DNA of 61,313 bases, the filler included, from Sluysia triapertura (lineage: Eukaryota): the NCBI GenBank assembly GCA_046118255.1. It is 4 parts of 4 records of this genome, joined end to end, with 100 filler letters (N's around TTAATTAATTAA, not from the genome) between each part and the next. Parts side by side here need not be neighbours in the genome. Positions count along the whole stretch, not along the records: positions 16,609 to 30,125 come from JBJNIA010035153.1; positions 30,226 to 45,355 come from JBJNIA010238439.1; 2 more parts are not named here. One strand, 5' to 3'. Under the pieces are notes generated by a model, which had not been told where the DNA came from, searched no databases, and saw only the letters and a list, made by a program, of their open reading frames with translations. Positions 26,895-38,845 of the stretch are shown here, one piece after another. A program made the position numbers and the translations under genes. Within the stretch, counting starts at the first letter, position 1. Every line of letters begins with the position of its first letter.

Positions 26895-27400
26895 GAAATC
26901 TTAGATAATATGTCTAAATTAAAATGGTTAAAGTCAGCTCAAATTCAACAACATGCTATACTATTATTACTGAAACATATTTTTTTATCTGAAACTATTA
27001 TTTTATCTGAAACCGGCAATTGAAAAACTCGTTTTTACTGTATTCCAGTGATTCAACAATGTCAAGGTAATGATCAACCAATAATGTTTGCAATGATTTT
27101 GATTCCCATAGTTGAATTAGCAATACAAGTGTATGGTGAATTAATAAAAATGATTAAAGGATTAATTCTGAAAATAATGCGTTTAAGTGGAGATACAGAT
27201 ATGCTTGATCAATTAATGGAACTGAGTATTTCTGATGTTTACATTGTAGTAGCAACCCCTACTCAAATTTTGATGCTTCATCACACTGATCAAATTAAAG
27301 AATTTTTTATTTTATTCAACATTTGGTAAGTGACGGGGCAGATGAAATGTTTAGTTATCAATTATGTGAAGACGTGAGAAAGTTTTACGAATTATATTAC
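26895..27400 (+). pseudogene. Intronless DEAD-box RNA helicase pseudogene (N-terminal RecA domain)
   Basis: Q motif LKWLKSAQIQQHAI, motif I SETGN*KT, Ia LIPIVELAIQV, Ib IVVATP and II DGADEMF. Contains stops and frameshifts. Confidence 0.85.
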
Positions 27401-27880
27401 CAAAACCAAGTGATAAAAGCAAGATTTTCAGACAAACACAAATTTATTCAGCAAAACGTTATGGTGAATTTGAAAAGAAATTCGGAATTTTGTCACATCA
27501 TTCACAATTAGTTGATGCTACGTCAGAAAATAATTTTCCAAATGATACTAGAGACCAAGATACGTTTAGAATATTATGTGAAACATTAATGCATTATACT
27601 AATAAATCATACATATTAATGAAAGGATGTACCTTTTTAAAACGTTGTACCTTAATAACTAGTTTCGATAACATAAGTAAAAATGCATTATATAATTTCA
27701 TTAATATTACATAATAAAACCAAAACAATTAAACTATCCCAGATGCAACAAAGTATATTTTTAAGAATAGGTAATTCTTTTAATTATTAATTAGGCTTTA
27801 ATTTTATATTTACTTTTAATAATATTTAGTCCTTATGGTGTATGGTATTGTGTTAATTGTTATTTTAATATGGTAAAACG

Positions 27881-29383
27881 TTACATCAGATTCTGATGAT
27901 ATAAAAGATTGTGAGGCTTGAAATTATAAATAACATAGAAATGTTTATAAAGTTTAAACCTTAAGATATTACGTTTACAATTGAAATTCAGAACCTTATC
28001 TAGTCTAATATTATGTTGTATTGGTTTGATGGGCTTTATATTTTTAATATTTTTTTGGTATTTAATGTTATCGGAGTTAGTTACATCACTACTATTATAA
28101 TTCGTTCTAGTATATGAGAGCTCACCCTCGAGCTCGTCACTGCTCTCTCCGGAACTCTTGTTGGTAACATCACATTCAATTACTTGCAGTACCTCATTGA
28201 GCTCTTGTGTGACGTATAACTCAACATCTCTTTGAATCATTTTATCAAATGTTTTAAGATGTTTCTGAACTTCTCTACTATTCAATTTAATCTTTTCAAT
28301 TGCATTAAGTAAACTACAAATCTTAAGACACTTAAAATTGCTATTTATTGAATAATAAAAAATTTTATTAAAGACTATAAATGTTGGTTCTAAATTTATT
28401 GTAGAATATAACTTCTTGTCGTCCATGAATCCCGTTTCGTTGCTGGTAGAACAATTATACCTAGAATAAATAACATAAATATAATAGTTATAAGACAAAG
28501 GATCAATAGATATTATCGTGAAATTATTACCTTGTTTAATCATATGATTGATCGATTCTTCTTTCTCTTCCATGTTACCTTGCTCATCTCCAGCTTCAAT
28601 GTACTCTCTGAACAGTCGATGGACAAAATTGTTACTATCAGAATCATTATCTAAGTCAGGAATTACAGTCGCCGAGTAACTTTGATACCCATATTCAACA
28701 TTTTTTTCGTCCACATTACAAATATAATTACCATTGTTTTCATATATCATGAAATGTTTTGACTTTAATTCGGTTCTTGTGAATTTCATTCCTTGGTCTC
28801 TACTATTTAAATCACAATATAATTTTGCTCTTTCGGTTATTAAAGACTGTCTCGAGATAAGATTATTACTAGAATCTCGCCTAATCGACTCCAAATCAGC
28901 ATTTGTAACAAAACTTTCATTAGGGTGCATGAACTTCGTCTGTTTAATACGTACAACTGTTTGCTTAGCATCTGGTACATAATTACGGTTTTTAAATTGT
29001 ATTTTTCTAATTTTAATTCTTTTATTTCTTCTAATACGGTTATCATCTCGATGATATCTTGACTTGGTACCTCGATATGCATGGTTAGAAATTTTTGCAT
29101 TCATAAATTTACCATCTACTGTAGGATTTGTTACTTTAAACTTAGTGTGGTTGAATGAATTATTTTGAATCATTTGAAAAGCTTCAATTACATCCATAGA
29201 TAAATTAAAACATTCTAGAATTTTGTCAAGATATTCTTTAACATCGTATACATTCTTCATGAAGAATTGCATTTGCCATAACAAAAATGTTCCGAGAGAT
29301 ATTACGATGATATCCAATATTATGAATAGAGTACTAAAGATCTTGAGTGTGGAATTAATGAGTATTTTTGAAACATAATACAT
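27881..29383 (-). CDS. Intact intronless 500-aa orphan protein with an N-terminal hydrophobic (TM/signal-anchor) segment
   Basis: ATG-to-TAA ORF of 1503 nt in very AT-rich DNA. Hydrophobic residues about 15-36 and a basic stretch RIRRNKRIKIRK. No family recognised. Confidence 0.7.
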   Translation of the reverse strand: MYYVSKILINSTLKIFSTLFIILDIIVISLGTFLLWQMQFFMKNVYDVKEYLDKILECFNLSMDVIEAFQMIQNNSFNHTKFKVTNPTVDGKFMNAKISNHAYRGTKSRYHRDDNRIRRNKRIKIRKIQFKNRNYVPDAKQTVVRIKQTKFMHPNESFVTNADLESIRRDSSNNLISRQSLITERAKLYCDLNSRDQGMKFTRTELKSKHFMIYENNGNYICNVDEKNVEYGYQSYSATVIPDLDNDSDSNNFVHRLFREYIEAGDEQGNMEEKEESINHMIKQGNNFTIISIDPLSYNYYIYVIYSRYNCSTSNETGFMDDKKLYSTINLEPTFIVFNKIFYYSINSNFKCLKICSLLNAIEKIKLNSREVQKHLKTFDKMIQRDVELYVTQELNEVLQVIECDVTNKSSGESSDELEGELSYTRTNYNSSDVTNSDNIKYQKNIKNIKPIKPIQHNIRLDKVLNFNCKRNILRFKLYKHFYVIYNFKPHNLLYHQNLM

Positions 29384-29499
29384 TTCAACGAATCTTTATA
29401 ATTTTGTAATGATATTTTCTTTGAAATTTTTGTTTCTAAAAAATTTGATTTTAACTATTATATTGTGATTTCGTCTTTTAAAAATTTTTGTTGCTATCT

Positions 29500-30125
29500 T
29501 TTACTATTTTTTAATCAGCCAATGATTTGCTGATGACTATTATCAATACTAATTTTAGTTTCAATACCGTATGTTCATCCAATCAGAGCTCCATGACTGA
29601 AACCAATTGTAACCAGCTCTGACTGGGTGTGCGAATAAAAGCAATCTAATAAAGTAGCCGGTGTCGCCAGTGATGTCAAAACTTAGACATTTTTAATCAA
29701 AATGAACAGCACTGACGACGGCGTAATTAAATTAATTTGTCTAGATCGTAAAAATTAATAATATTAATGCATATGATAATGATAAAATGACGCCTGATAA
29801 TAATAGTACAAATGATAATAAAATGATACTAATAATAATAATAATAAAAATGGTAATAATGACAATGCTAAGGATAATAATAATAGTAATAAAAAGAATA
29901 ATAATAATAATAATAAAAAGAATAATAATAATAAAATGATTAAAAATATAACGCATAAAAATCTTTATTCTTTTGTACATGAACTTTACTTTATATGTTT
30001 TCTTTTCTTACATATGTAGAATAAGCAGAAATAAGATAGATGTTGTATTGTGAAGGAACAGTGACTTCACAGTAAAATAACAAAGTCTTTAAAGTTGTCT
30101 GGCATTTGTTTTGGAAATGTGTAAT
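29500..30125 (-). promoter_or_regulatory. Repeat-arm promoter-like module upstream of the 500-aa ORF
   Basis: CAGCCAATG (~29516), CATCCAATCAG (~29576), AAT-rich tract 29770-29940, GCATAAAAATCTT spacer motif, then G/T skew running into the gap. Confidence 0.45.
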
Positions 30126-30225
30126 NNNNNNNNNNNNNNNNNNNNNNNNNNNNNNNNNNNNNNNNNNNNTTAATTAATTAANNNNNNNNNNNNNNNNNNN
30201 NNNNNNNNNNNNNNNNNNNNNNNNN

Positions 30226-31260
30226 ACAACTTACTCACAAAAAACATAATATTTAAATCCATCTCACTTCACACTATCGAATTACATTAACTGAATCATC
30301 ACAAACAACATTCGACATTTATAATATTTCAACAACACGTATATACCAATAATTCGTCCAACACCCTCAATCATTCACTTCACATCATCCCTTCATAATT
30401 AATCCCGACTAATTTATAACACTCACTCAAAAGTTATTCTATCAAACAAACCACAACCATAATACATAATACAGAAACCATAAATACATAAACACCATTT
30501 AACAACGTTAACAAGTACCTCAGACATATAAAACATTTACGTTAAATCTCGAATCAACTACACCAAACCAAACCCACATCATCTACAAATATTCATCATC
30601 AACACTTATTTTTGACAACATCACAAACCTTTTAATAAACCTTTCAAACCATTATAGTCAATGCATAAATCTTGTTTTCAATTATAAATCTCCAATAAAT
30701 CTCAAGAAATTATTCTAACATTCTTCTTTTCAAACACAACTCAAATCATTTCTTTTATCTTCATAAGTAAACATAATAAAGCCTCCAAAAATTCATTACA
30801 GTACTATTAAACAGCAACGACAACTGAAGTTTAACATATCACATTACCGTCGCTACTCAAATTAACAACTGCTTTTACTCTTCTTTCTACTCTGCGTATA
30901 AGAGATATGAGATATTGAAAGAATAGGTCGTGTAATTTCTTTAAAGATAAGATTTATGCATTTTATTTCTAATAACAATGGTAATAATTACAATGTTATT
31001 ATTGTTATTATTATTACTATTCTTATTAATTTATCAAACACGAAATTTTTCATTAATGTCGATCAACCTGGTTGTTGCCATCACAAATGTTGACATTTCT
31101 CATTAGAGTGCCAGCGCTGATGATGGTCAGTTATCAGGCATACTTCATATTAGTTTTAATTAAAATTCTACTCACCTCATCCAATCGAGACCTAATTTTG
31201 CTTATATCATTTTTAAAGGCCTCGATTGGATAACCAATAATAACGGACTTATAAATAGAA
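30226..31260 (+). mobile_element. Repeat arm: C/A-skewed tract, (ATT)n and CCAAT/TATA module
   Basis: Segment 30510-30582 is homologous to 45281-45355. Also AAGATTTATGCA, CATCCAATCG, GATTGG and TATAAATA near 31249. Confidence 0.5.
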
Positions 31261-31379
31261 GTTTTCGATACTAAAAGTAAAGTTAGAAAATTAACAAATT
31301 ATTAGTAGTAAAAAAAGAACTGAATCAAAAAAATACCGATACAATATTTTGAAAAAATCAAGACTTCACTATATTCATA

Positions 31380-32760
31380 TGCATCAATAGCACCACAAAT
31401 TTTTAGCTTGGAAACATAAACAAAATGCCATGTGGTATCACTCGTCGACAGCGTTCATGTCTATTATTGATATACAATCGTCGAAAATTAAATGTGATCA
31501 CCATTATATAATCAATCCCAGCAAAGAATGAATCTTTTTTAGTATTATGGTAAAACATTTATATAATGTAAAGTTGTTCGGATACATGATGAATATGAAC
31601 TACTTGATCAATGAGTATTTGTCACTATACATGAAACTGTTTTTAAACCTCGATCTGGCGTTTAATAAATTCCACCAATTTATGTAATAGACATTCAATT
31701 TTCTTAGTGAATTATCATACGTTTTCTCTCGAGCTCGACAGAATTCTACATGATATCAATCGATACCTAAACACATATCTCGATTGCCCATCAATTTGTC
31801 TCTCGACGTTTACTGGTGAGAACAATTCTTTCCTTGAGATGCGTGATATTATCCTATGTCATACAAAAGATGAAAGTGCAAAGCGATTTAATATGTCAGC
31901 CATCACTATTCGATGTTTATAACATTGTCAATTCTAAAATTACCACCAAGAAAATTTTAGCAATAACCAATCCATATGACACGCTTGACACAGATGTCAT
32001 CACTACGAAAGAAAATAATCTCTCTTGTAATGCGCCTTTTAGAGAAAATTGCCGGGAACCAGGTATATCATGATATCCATTTTATTATATATAATTTTAT
32101 GAATATTGTAGATTTCAAGTACAAACTGGATTCTTATGGATTGCGATGGGATGTGAATAAATTTATAAATCAGAATCGGAGAATCTTTATAGGTTCAATG
32201 TCAGGATTTGAAATATTAGTGATGTTTAGTAAAATTGTTTTGTATCAATGTCATTTTTCCGATTTTAATTCTAATAAATGTTGTATTAGTTTTATTAAGT
32301 TTCAGATTAAAGCAAAATTCATAAGTGAAAACAATAAATCTGAAAGAAATGACCTACCAAGACTGACAATGAGAAACTTTAAGAATAAGAAAAATATACT
32401 CAATTTATTAATTGATCAAATATCACAAGAATACTTTTGTTTACTTTTGATAACAACCACAAATAGGTTTTGGTACTTTCCGAAATTTCCCTCTTCACTT
32501 CTCCATAAATACCGATAATTTAAGTGATTTAGAGAATACCAGATCATTAAATAATATGTTAGTTAAGAATAAATTATGTGAAATATTTAAATTACAAAGA
32601 TGTTTTAAATTCTTCATTACTAGATTAACGAAATTCCTGATTTACATTCGACAAAAAGCTATTTGTAGAGATAACGCAATAAAAATAAAAACTATATTCC
32701 TTTATAATAATTATTTCTCTAACCGTTCCAACAAGTATAACACCATATCAGTATCTTAAC
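31380..32760 (+). pseudogene. Frameshifted intronless ORF remnant, unknown family
   Basis: Overlapping ORFs 31707-31922, 31816-32073, 31976-32518 and 32556-32759 lie directly downstream of the promoter module. Confidence 0.4.
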
Positions 32761-33129
32761 TGAGTTGTCAGAATGGGATTAAACGGAAAAGTGAAGTTTA
32801 GTTCTTCGGAGACACGTTACTACTTTTTAAAAAATCCTTTAGTCTTGCCTTCCGTTAAGGACTTAAGTCATTACTAGATACTACATAAATCATTAATTAT
32901 AAAATGGATTTTAAAGATTTTAAAGGTCGTTTTAAGCTTTTCTATAATGGTAGAAAACCTTTAAATATATGTCCAGAGGATGATGTTAATGAAGATAAAC
33001 ATCAAAAGATGGCTCTAAAGTCTATATAAAACAACCCGGACTGTCGAATGTTCCAGATACGGCAAGAATTGTAGATATTGCAACGAATTTTATGAATACA
33101 AAGATGTTCCTGCTACAAACTGAAAGTTG

Positions 33130-33545
33130 ATCATGATCAAATGTTAAATTCTTTAATAGAAAAAATTGATGAAGTACCGAATGACAAGTTGAACGAGCGC
33201 GCTAGTGAATAAATACTAGAAGTAGAGAAGACGTATGATTTAAAAAGACAACCATTATACCAGCAGCGCGCCAACTTAATAAAAACTATCCCAAATTTCT
33301 GGATCAGTTGTCTTAGTAATTATCCGCAGTTAATAGTTTTAATTATTCAACACGACGAGTATTTACTACAATCTTAGTTAGCCTTGATATCGATGAATTT
33401 GATGATATTAAATTGATATTAACATTTGCATCAAATGATTATTTTACCAATGCTACCATTACTAAATCTATACATGTTGGTGAGTCAGAAATGAAAACAA
33501 TTTGTGATGCAGTGGAATGGAAAGATGGAAAAAAGTACCAAAGGA
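33130..33545 (+). pseudogene. SET/TAF-I (NAP-family histone chaperone) intronless pseudogene
   Basis: [74 protein letters not shown] follows the SET NAP domain. Confidence 0.85.
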
Positions 33546-35049
33546 TCCGGTTATAGTCCTATTGGGTTTCAATAATGATTTTAGTTTGATAGACTATTTT
33601 AAAGTCTTTCAAAAAATTAACATAGGAATTTTAACTGTATTTTACTACCTAATTATAATAGGTTACCTTATGAAATATTTACTAACGATAATATCAAAAT
33701 TGAAAAGTAGCTGGAGAATGATGTACGCGGAAATTCGAAGGATAATAATTGGAGAATAATAATTCGAATTTACAAAATCACATATTTTTATATTAATCCA
33801 ATTATGACCTTGAGAAAGTGTACAAAAAATTATTAAATAATTCAATAAACTACTAAATTTTATGTATAATTCAATAAATTATAAATTTAATATTCAATTA
33901 AATTATTCAACAAATTACTAAATAATAAATTACTATATTGATATTTCTAAATATTAACATTAATATTACTAAATATAAATTTCAAAATATAAGTTACTAT
34001 CTATTTACATATATTTATAGATTTAAATTACACACACATTCAGGTATCAGATATAAATATATTTTAGATTGGATTGCGACAATTAAAGATTACTGTACTT
34101 TCTTATGGTTGGTTCCTTATTATCAATAGGTATCTTTCAAGTTCAATGAACCTTCTTAGATATTTAATTTATATAATTCTTATTACAAATGGTTTCCTTT
34201 AGAGAGTAGACTTTATAGTATATCTCTCCCAATTTTTACTCTTGGATCTATTTATGCTGCAAAACTTATTAAGTTTCTGATAGAATATATATTCTGTTAC
34301 ACAATAATAATATAAAATATAACAATAATAACAAAATCTAAAATCAGGCTCAAAGTAAAGAAAAATTAAATAATTATTATATATAAAAATAAACTATATA
34401 ATTATTATAAACGATTCAAAGTTTATATTGTTCAGTTCAATACTTAGTAATTATAATGTTTAGATTTTAAATTACATTGTGTTACTAACTCTAAGTTAAT
34501 CGATTAGTGAAATATATTTTGCATCTATATTATCCCTTTGTTAATTAAGGGCAAAAACTTACGAATTTATGGAAATCGAAATAGGTTTTGACACAGAAAT
34601 TGACGAATTTGAGATAATTGTATTAAATGACTAATTTTCTACGACAGATGATCGCAATTAACTGGTTTGATAGAACAATTATATGATTAACATTTTCTTT
34701 GTGTCATTTGTGTTCTATATTGAGCTTTAATTATATCTAGTTTTTATGACTAATTCTACTATTTTTTAGAAATTTAGTAGATTTTTATTACTCGCATGTA
34801 GTGGTTCACCTAATAGTTCAAAGTTACATATTACATTATCCATCCACATAAACACTTAAATATATTTACATACTAGTTAAACAATCAATCAAAATATGTT
34901 AAATGCATCCATTACAACGCATTAATCTCTTTACGCTATAACAAAAATATTTAGATAACACACCACCTACAAAAACAATAACACCTCTTTTGGTGAATTA
35001 TAGGATGTTTATATAAAAAATACAAGTAAAAACTCTTATTATTTCTTTT

Positions 35050-36085
35050 TATTAATTAACATATGTTCGTTGTACTGACAAGGTTTCATTTCATATAGTA
35101 CTTCTATACCTGATACCTTAATCATATTGTCTTTATCTAAATCTAAATGATGAAATGTTTCTCTTGCTTTTTAACGATCGTGTACACGAGTATCATTAAT
35201 AACGAATTCAATCCTTTCATCTGGAACATATCTTTTCACTGGTTTAATTAAAAGTTCCAGTTCTGTTTTAAAATCATAGTTATTCATTTAAGATAGTTAT
35301 TCATTGTTTCCAAAGACTACAGACTTTTTCAACAATTTAATTTCAACTCATAAAATTTCTGATGAAAACTACCTTTTCTACAAAATTTTTATATCGAAAC
35401 AAAATTGATTCTATTATCTAAATTTGTGTATCGCTGACTTTTTAATAAACTCAATTTTTATTTTTTTAAACTCCTTTAATCAACTATGTACTAATTGTAC
35501 ACAATTTTTACATTAACAATTGCGATACTATTAGTCAGCCAATGAAATCGCCATAATCAAAATTATAAAATTATAATAATAAAAAAATAAAACATAAAAG
35601 TCCTTACACATATCTTTATTCTCTAATTATTGAACCAAACTTTATTTCTGAGTAGCATTAAAAAGATTATGTACATAAGCATATATAAAGTGAACATGAA
35701 TAGAATGAAAACGTATAAATCTTTTAACATGTATTCTTTTAAAATATTTTCTTTATCTTTAAAATATTTCTTTTTCTTACAAATGTGTAACATGTTTAAA
35801 ATACTATACAAATCTTTTAAACTGTTGAACGATGTTAGAGTAATGAAACTTGTGTTGTTGAATTTGATATTTTTTTTACAAAATTGTTGAGTGAAGAATA
35901 CGTATTGTACTCGAAATAAAGATGTAAAAAGAAATTAAAGAAATTGGAGATATTGAAAGAAATTCCATTAAGTTAGTGGTTTAATATAATTTTAAAATGT
36001 AAATTTAATGATTTTCGATGTTATGAATGATTTTAATGTTATCAAATTTTGAACTTAAAATGCTTTGATTATGGCAACAACCAGT
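35050..36085 (-). mobile_element. Repeat arm (minus strand) with a short decayed cargo ORF
   Basis: CAGCCAATG near 35536. The G/T-skewed tract shares (rc) CATTCATAACATCxAAAATCxTTAAATTT and ATGGAATTTC with 50580-50640 and partly 53088-53115. Confidence 0.45.
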
Positions 36086-38552
36086 CATGGTAATAATAAT
36101 ACTGTTTTTATTGTTTCATTCTTATCATTTTTTTCATTAGTGTGTATGTATGTAAATGAAAATATCCAATTAATTTAAGGTCTACATAAATATCGTTGTC
36201 TTAATCATTTTATGTTTACTTGGCAGATTTTGATTTATAATTTATTTATATCTTATTGAAAATAATAATTATCATCGCGATTTGGTCCTCGATAATTATT
36301 TCACAATTCATTCTTGACAGTTACAACCATTTTTATTTTTATTATCGCTGTTTTATAACTTGAATCCACATTTAATACATTCAATTTACAAAACTTCTGA
36401 ATTCTGCTAATGGTACTTCTTCACTGAATACTTCTGAAAATACATAATCGAATCTTGGTAGTATTGATAATAGTTATAATAATAATAATAATAATAATAA
36501 TCCTGCAGTACCTGCAATTATATAAAATATAAAAATTAATTATTAATTAATTAATAAATAAGGCGACCAAAGAAATCAATGGTAATTTATAAAAATTCTT
36601 AAAAATGGTAGTTTACATTTTAATACTGGCGATACAATATGGAAATACAATTTCCCTTATCCAAAACGTAACAATCTTAGAAATATTGACGGCAATCAGC
36701 AAATAATTAATCAGTATCTTAATATAGTGGAATAACCTATCGAAAGATTTTACAAACACTATTTTATATTCAACAAAAAGCAAAAACACTGGAAATGTTA
36801 TCTGATTTGAATTCAATGTTTGTATTATTTATTTTCTTTTGTTAAAAAAATTTTTTCAAGCAATTTTGTTAATTTGTTTATGGTACTATCTTTTATCTTT
36901 GCCAAAGGCCAAACGCCTAAAGTTATTCCTAAATTAATTGTTAAAAAAATCAAAATATTAAAAATAAAAATAATTGAAATTTTAGTGTTTTTGTTAGTAA
37001 ATTTAAAAGTTTTAAATTTTTCTATTAAATTAAAAAGATTAAAAATTATTAAATTGACCAAGCCCTCCAAGTTTGATAGAATTGGTTTTGAATGTTAGGA
37101 GAACCTGATTCGTGGGGTGTGACGATGCGACATTGGTGAGTTGTGGAAACTCAGGGTCATCATCCATACCAGCGAGTAATTTGTGGTTTATTGTAATCGT
37201 GACTCCATTGATATTATTGTATTGTTTAAATACTCTCGTAAAGGTTGTGAAGTATTGCTAAACGATGCATCTCTACGATTTGTGAGAAAATATTGTAATT
37301 TTATTTGCATTTGACTTTTGTTTGCTGGATAATGTTACCAGGACTTGTAAATTTTTGGCTATTTTGTTGTTTTAATTGATTTTGGGTTGATACGGGTTGT
37401 TATTACTGAATTTGTGATCCGTTCAATTTTTATGCACAACACCTCGTGTTCCACTTTGTTGTAAGGTAATTAAATTGATTATGAAGATTCATTCGAAAGT
37501 AAAGTACTCCTGTTGATTGAGATTTTTGATTCTCATTGTTTTTTTATAGAGAGGACTGATTTATTCTTTGTTTATCAGAGGTGGAAAATTTCTCGTTATG
37601 CATCTAACAGAAATTTTATCACAAAAATGTGTCTTTATAGACTTGGCGCGATTTGGTGTTACTTTGGCCCAGGGATCCTTGGGCCAAAAGAAAGATGCTT
37701 TTTAAAGGTGTTGAGTATTAATTGTGGCATTTTCGGTTTTATTTTGGTCTCAATTTATTTTAAAATTAGTTTTATTGGGCGTCGACGATAAGGATATTGT
37801 AGTGACGAACCCATAAGTCAAAATAATTGTTTGGAATAGTTATGTTTGTTTTTAAAGGTGTTTTAGAAGTGTATTTGTTATGTTTGAGTTAACTGTGATA
37901 GTATAATTTTATCAATATTTCTGCTAAGAAAGTAAGTGTTAATTTTATTTGATCAGTTGGGAGTGTGGACGTACAGGTTTTAGATAGACGTAATTGAGTG
38001 GTTTTCGCGATTTGCCTGTAAAAATGATTAGGAACTTGTTAATAAAAGATGTTACTGAATCAGAGAAATGTAACCAACACCGGATAAAGGGGCGGTTTCA
38101 TTAAATCACATTTTTTTAGAGTTTTTAAATTAAAATCGATCATTTTTCATGAGACATCATCGATTTCTATAGCAAGCAATAAATTTTTTTCTTTAATAAT
38201 ACCAAATAAAGGTCACAACGCTAATTATTTTAATATTTTAAATTAAACAATTAATTTAATGAACAGTGTTATTGAATTTTTGACAAATAGCATTACAAAA
38301 AATATTGTATGTCACACGTATGCAACAGGAATAACATAACTTACTTTTCAAAGTTCTCGCTCCTTCGTCGCTCAAACTACAAATGCGCTCATTATATTAT
38401 TCCATGTGTTGTATCACTTGTAAGTAAATAATTATTGTATTATTTTTTATACATTTTTTTATAAATTTTTATACAGTTCTTTATTGTGTAATTTTGATTT
38501 TTGCCTTTACTATTTTTTAAGTGGCAGTAAATTTGTATATATTCTTGTATGA

Positions 38553-38610
38553 AAGGGCGCCAAATTTTGTTTTGCCCGGGCACTCAAATTCCTAGTAATG
38601 TAACTTCTGG
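38553..38610. mobile_element. hAT-type MITE terminus (CAGTGGCGTA-like, reverse)
   Basis: GGGCGCCAAATTTTGTTTTGCCCGGGCAC..AAATTCCTAGT..CTG, with an internal CTCGCTCCTTCGTCGCTC motif near 38356. Confidence 0.35.
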
Positions 38611-38759
38611 GATATCTGAAATTTTACATTTACATTAATTGACCAAAAAATAACACAATTATTACTAATTTATATCTATGATTTAAATATAATGAATTAT
38701 ATCCGATGGCCTTAAGGACCGTTGCTTGCATTAACTTTTTATTCAAAAAATTAACGTAA

Positions 38760-38845
38760 TATTGTTAGACTTCATAAAATGGACTAACTGGAAATGGAAC
38801 CTGGGCATCTCGATGTAGATAAACATGTTTCTCCACTATAGGGTG
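38760..38845 (-). mobile_element. tRNA-derived SINE, degenerate copy
   Basis: Reverse complement shares GTCCATTTTATGAAGTCTAACAATA with the 42189 copy. Degenerate A and B boxes. Confidence 0.6.

Noticed and set aside
28734-29100. ORFs overlapping the 500-aa gene
   Set aside because: Shadow frames with no independent support.
29741-29980. Poly-Ile/Leu hydrophobic ORFs (also 8320, 40025, 53194)
   Set aside because: These are translations of ATT/TTA microsatellites.
36613-36816. Coronin-like peptide (VIPLY*DTD..KG)
   Set aside because: Similarity too weak and interrupted by several stops.
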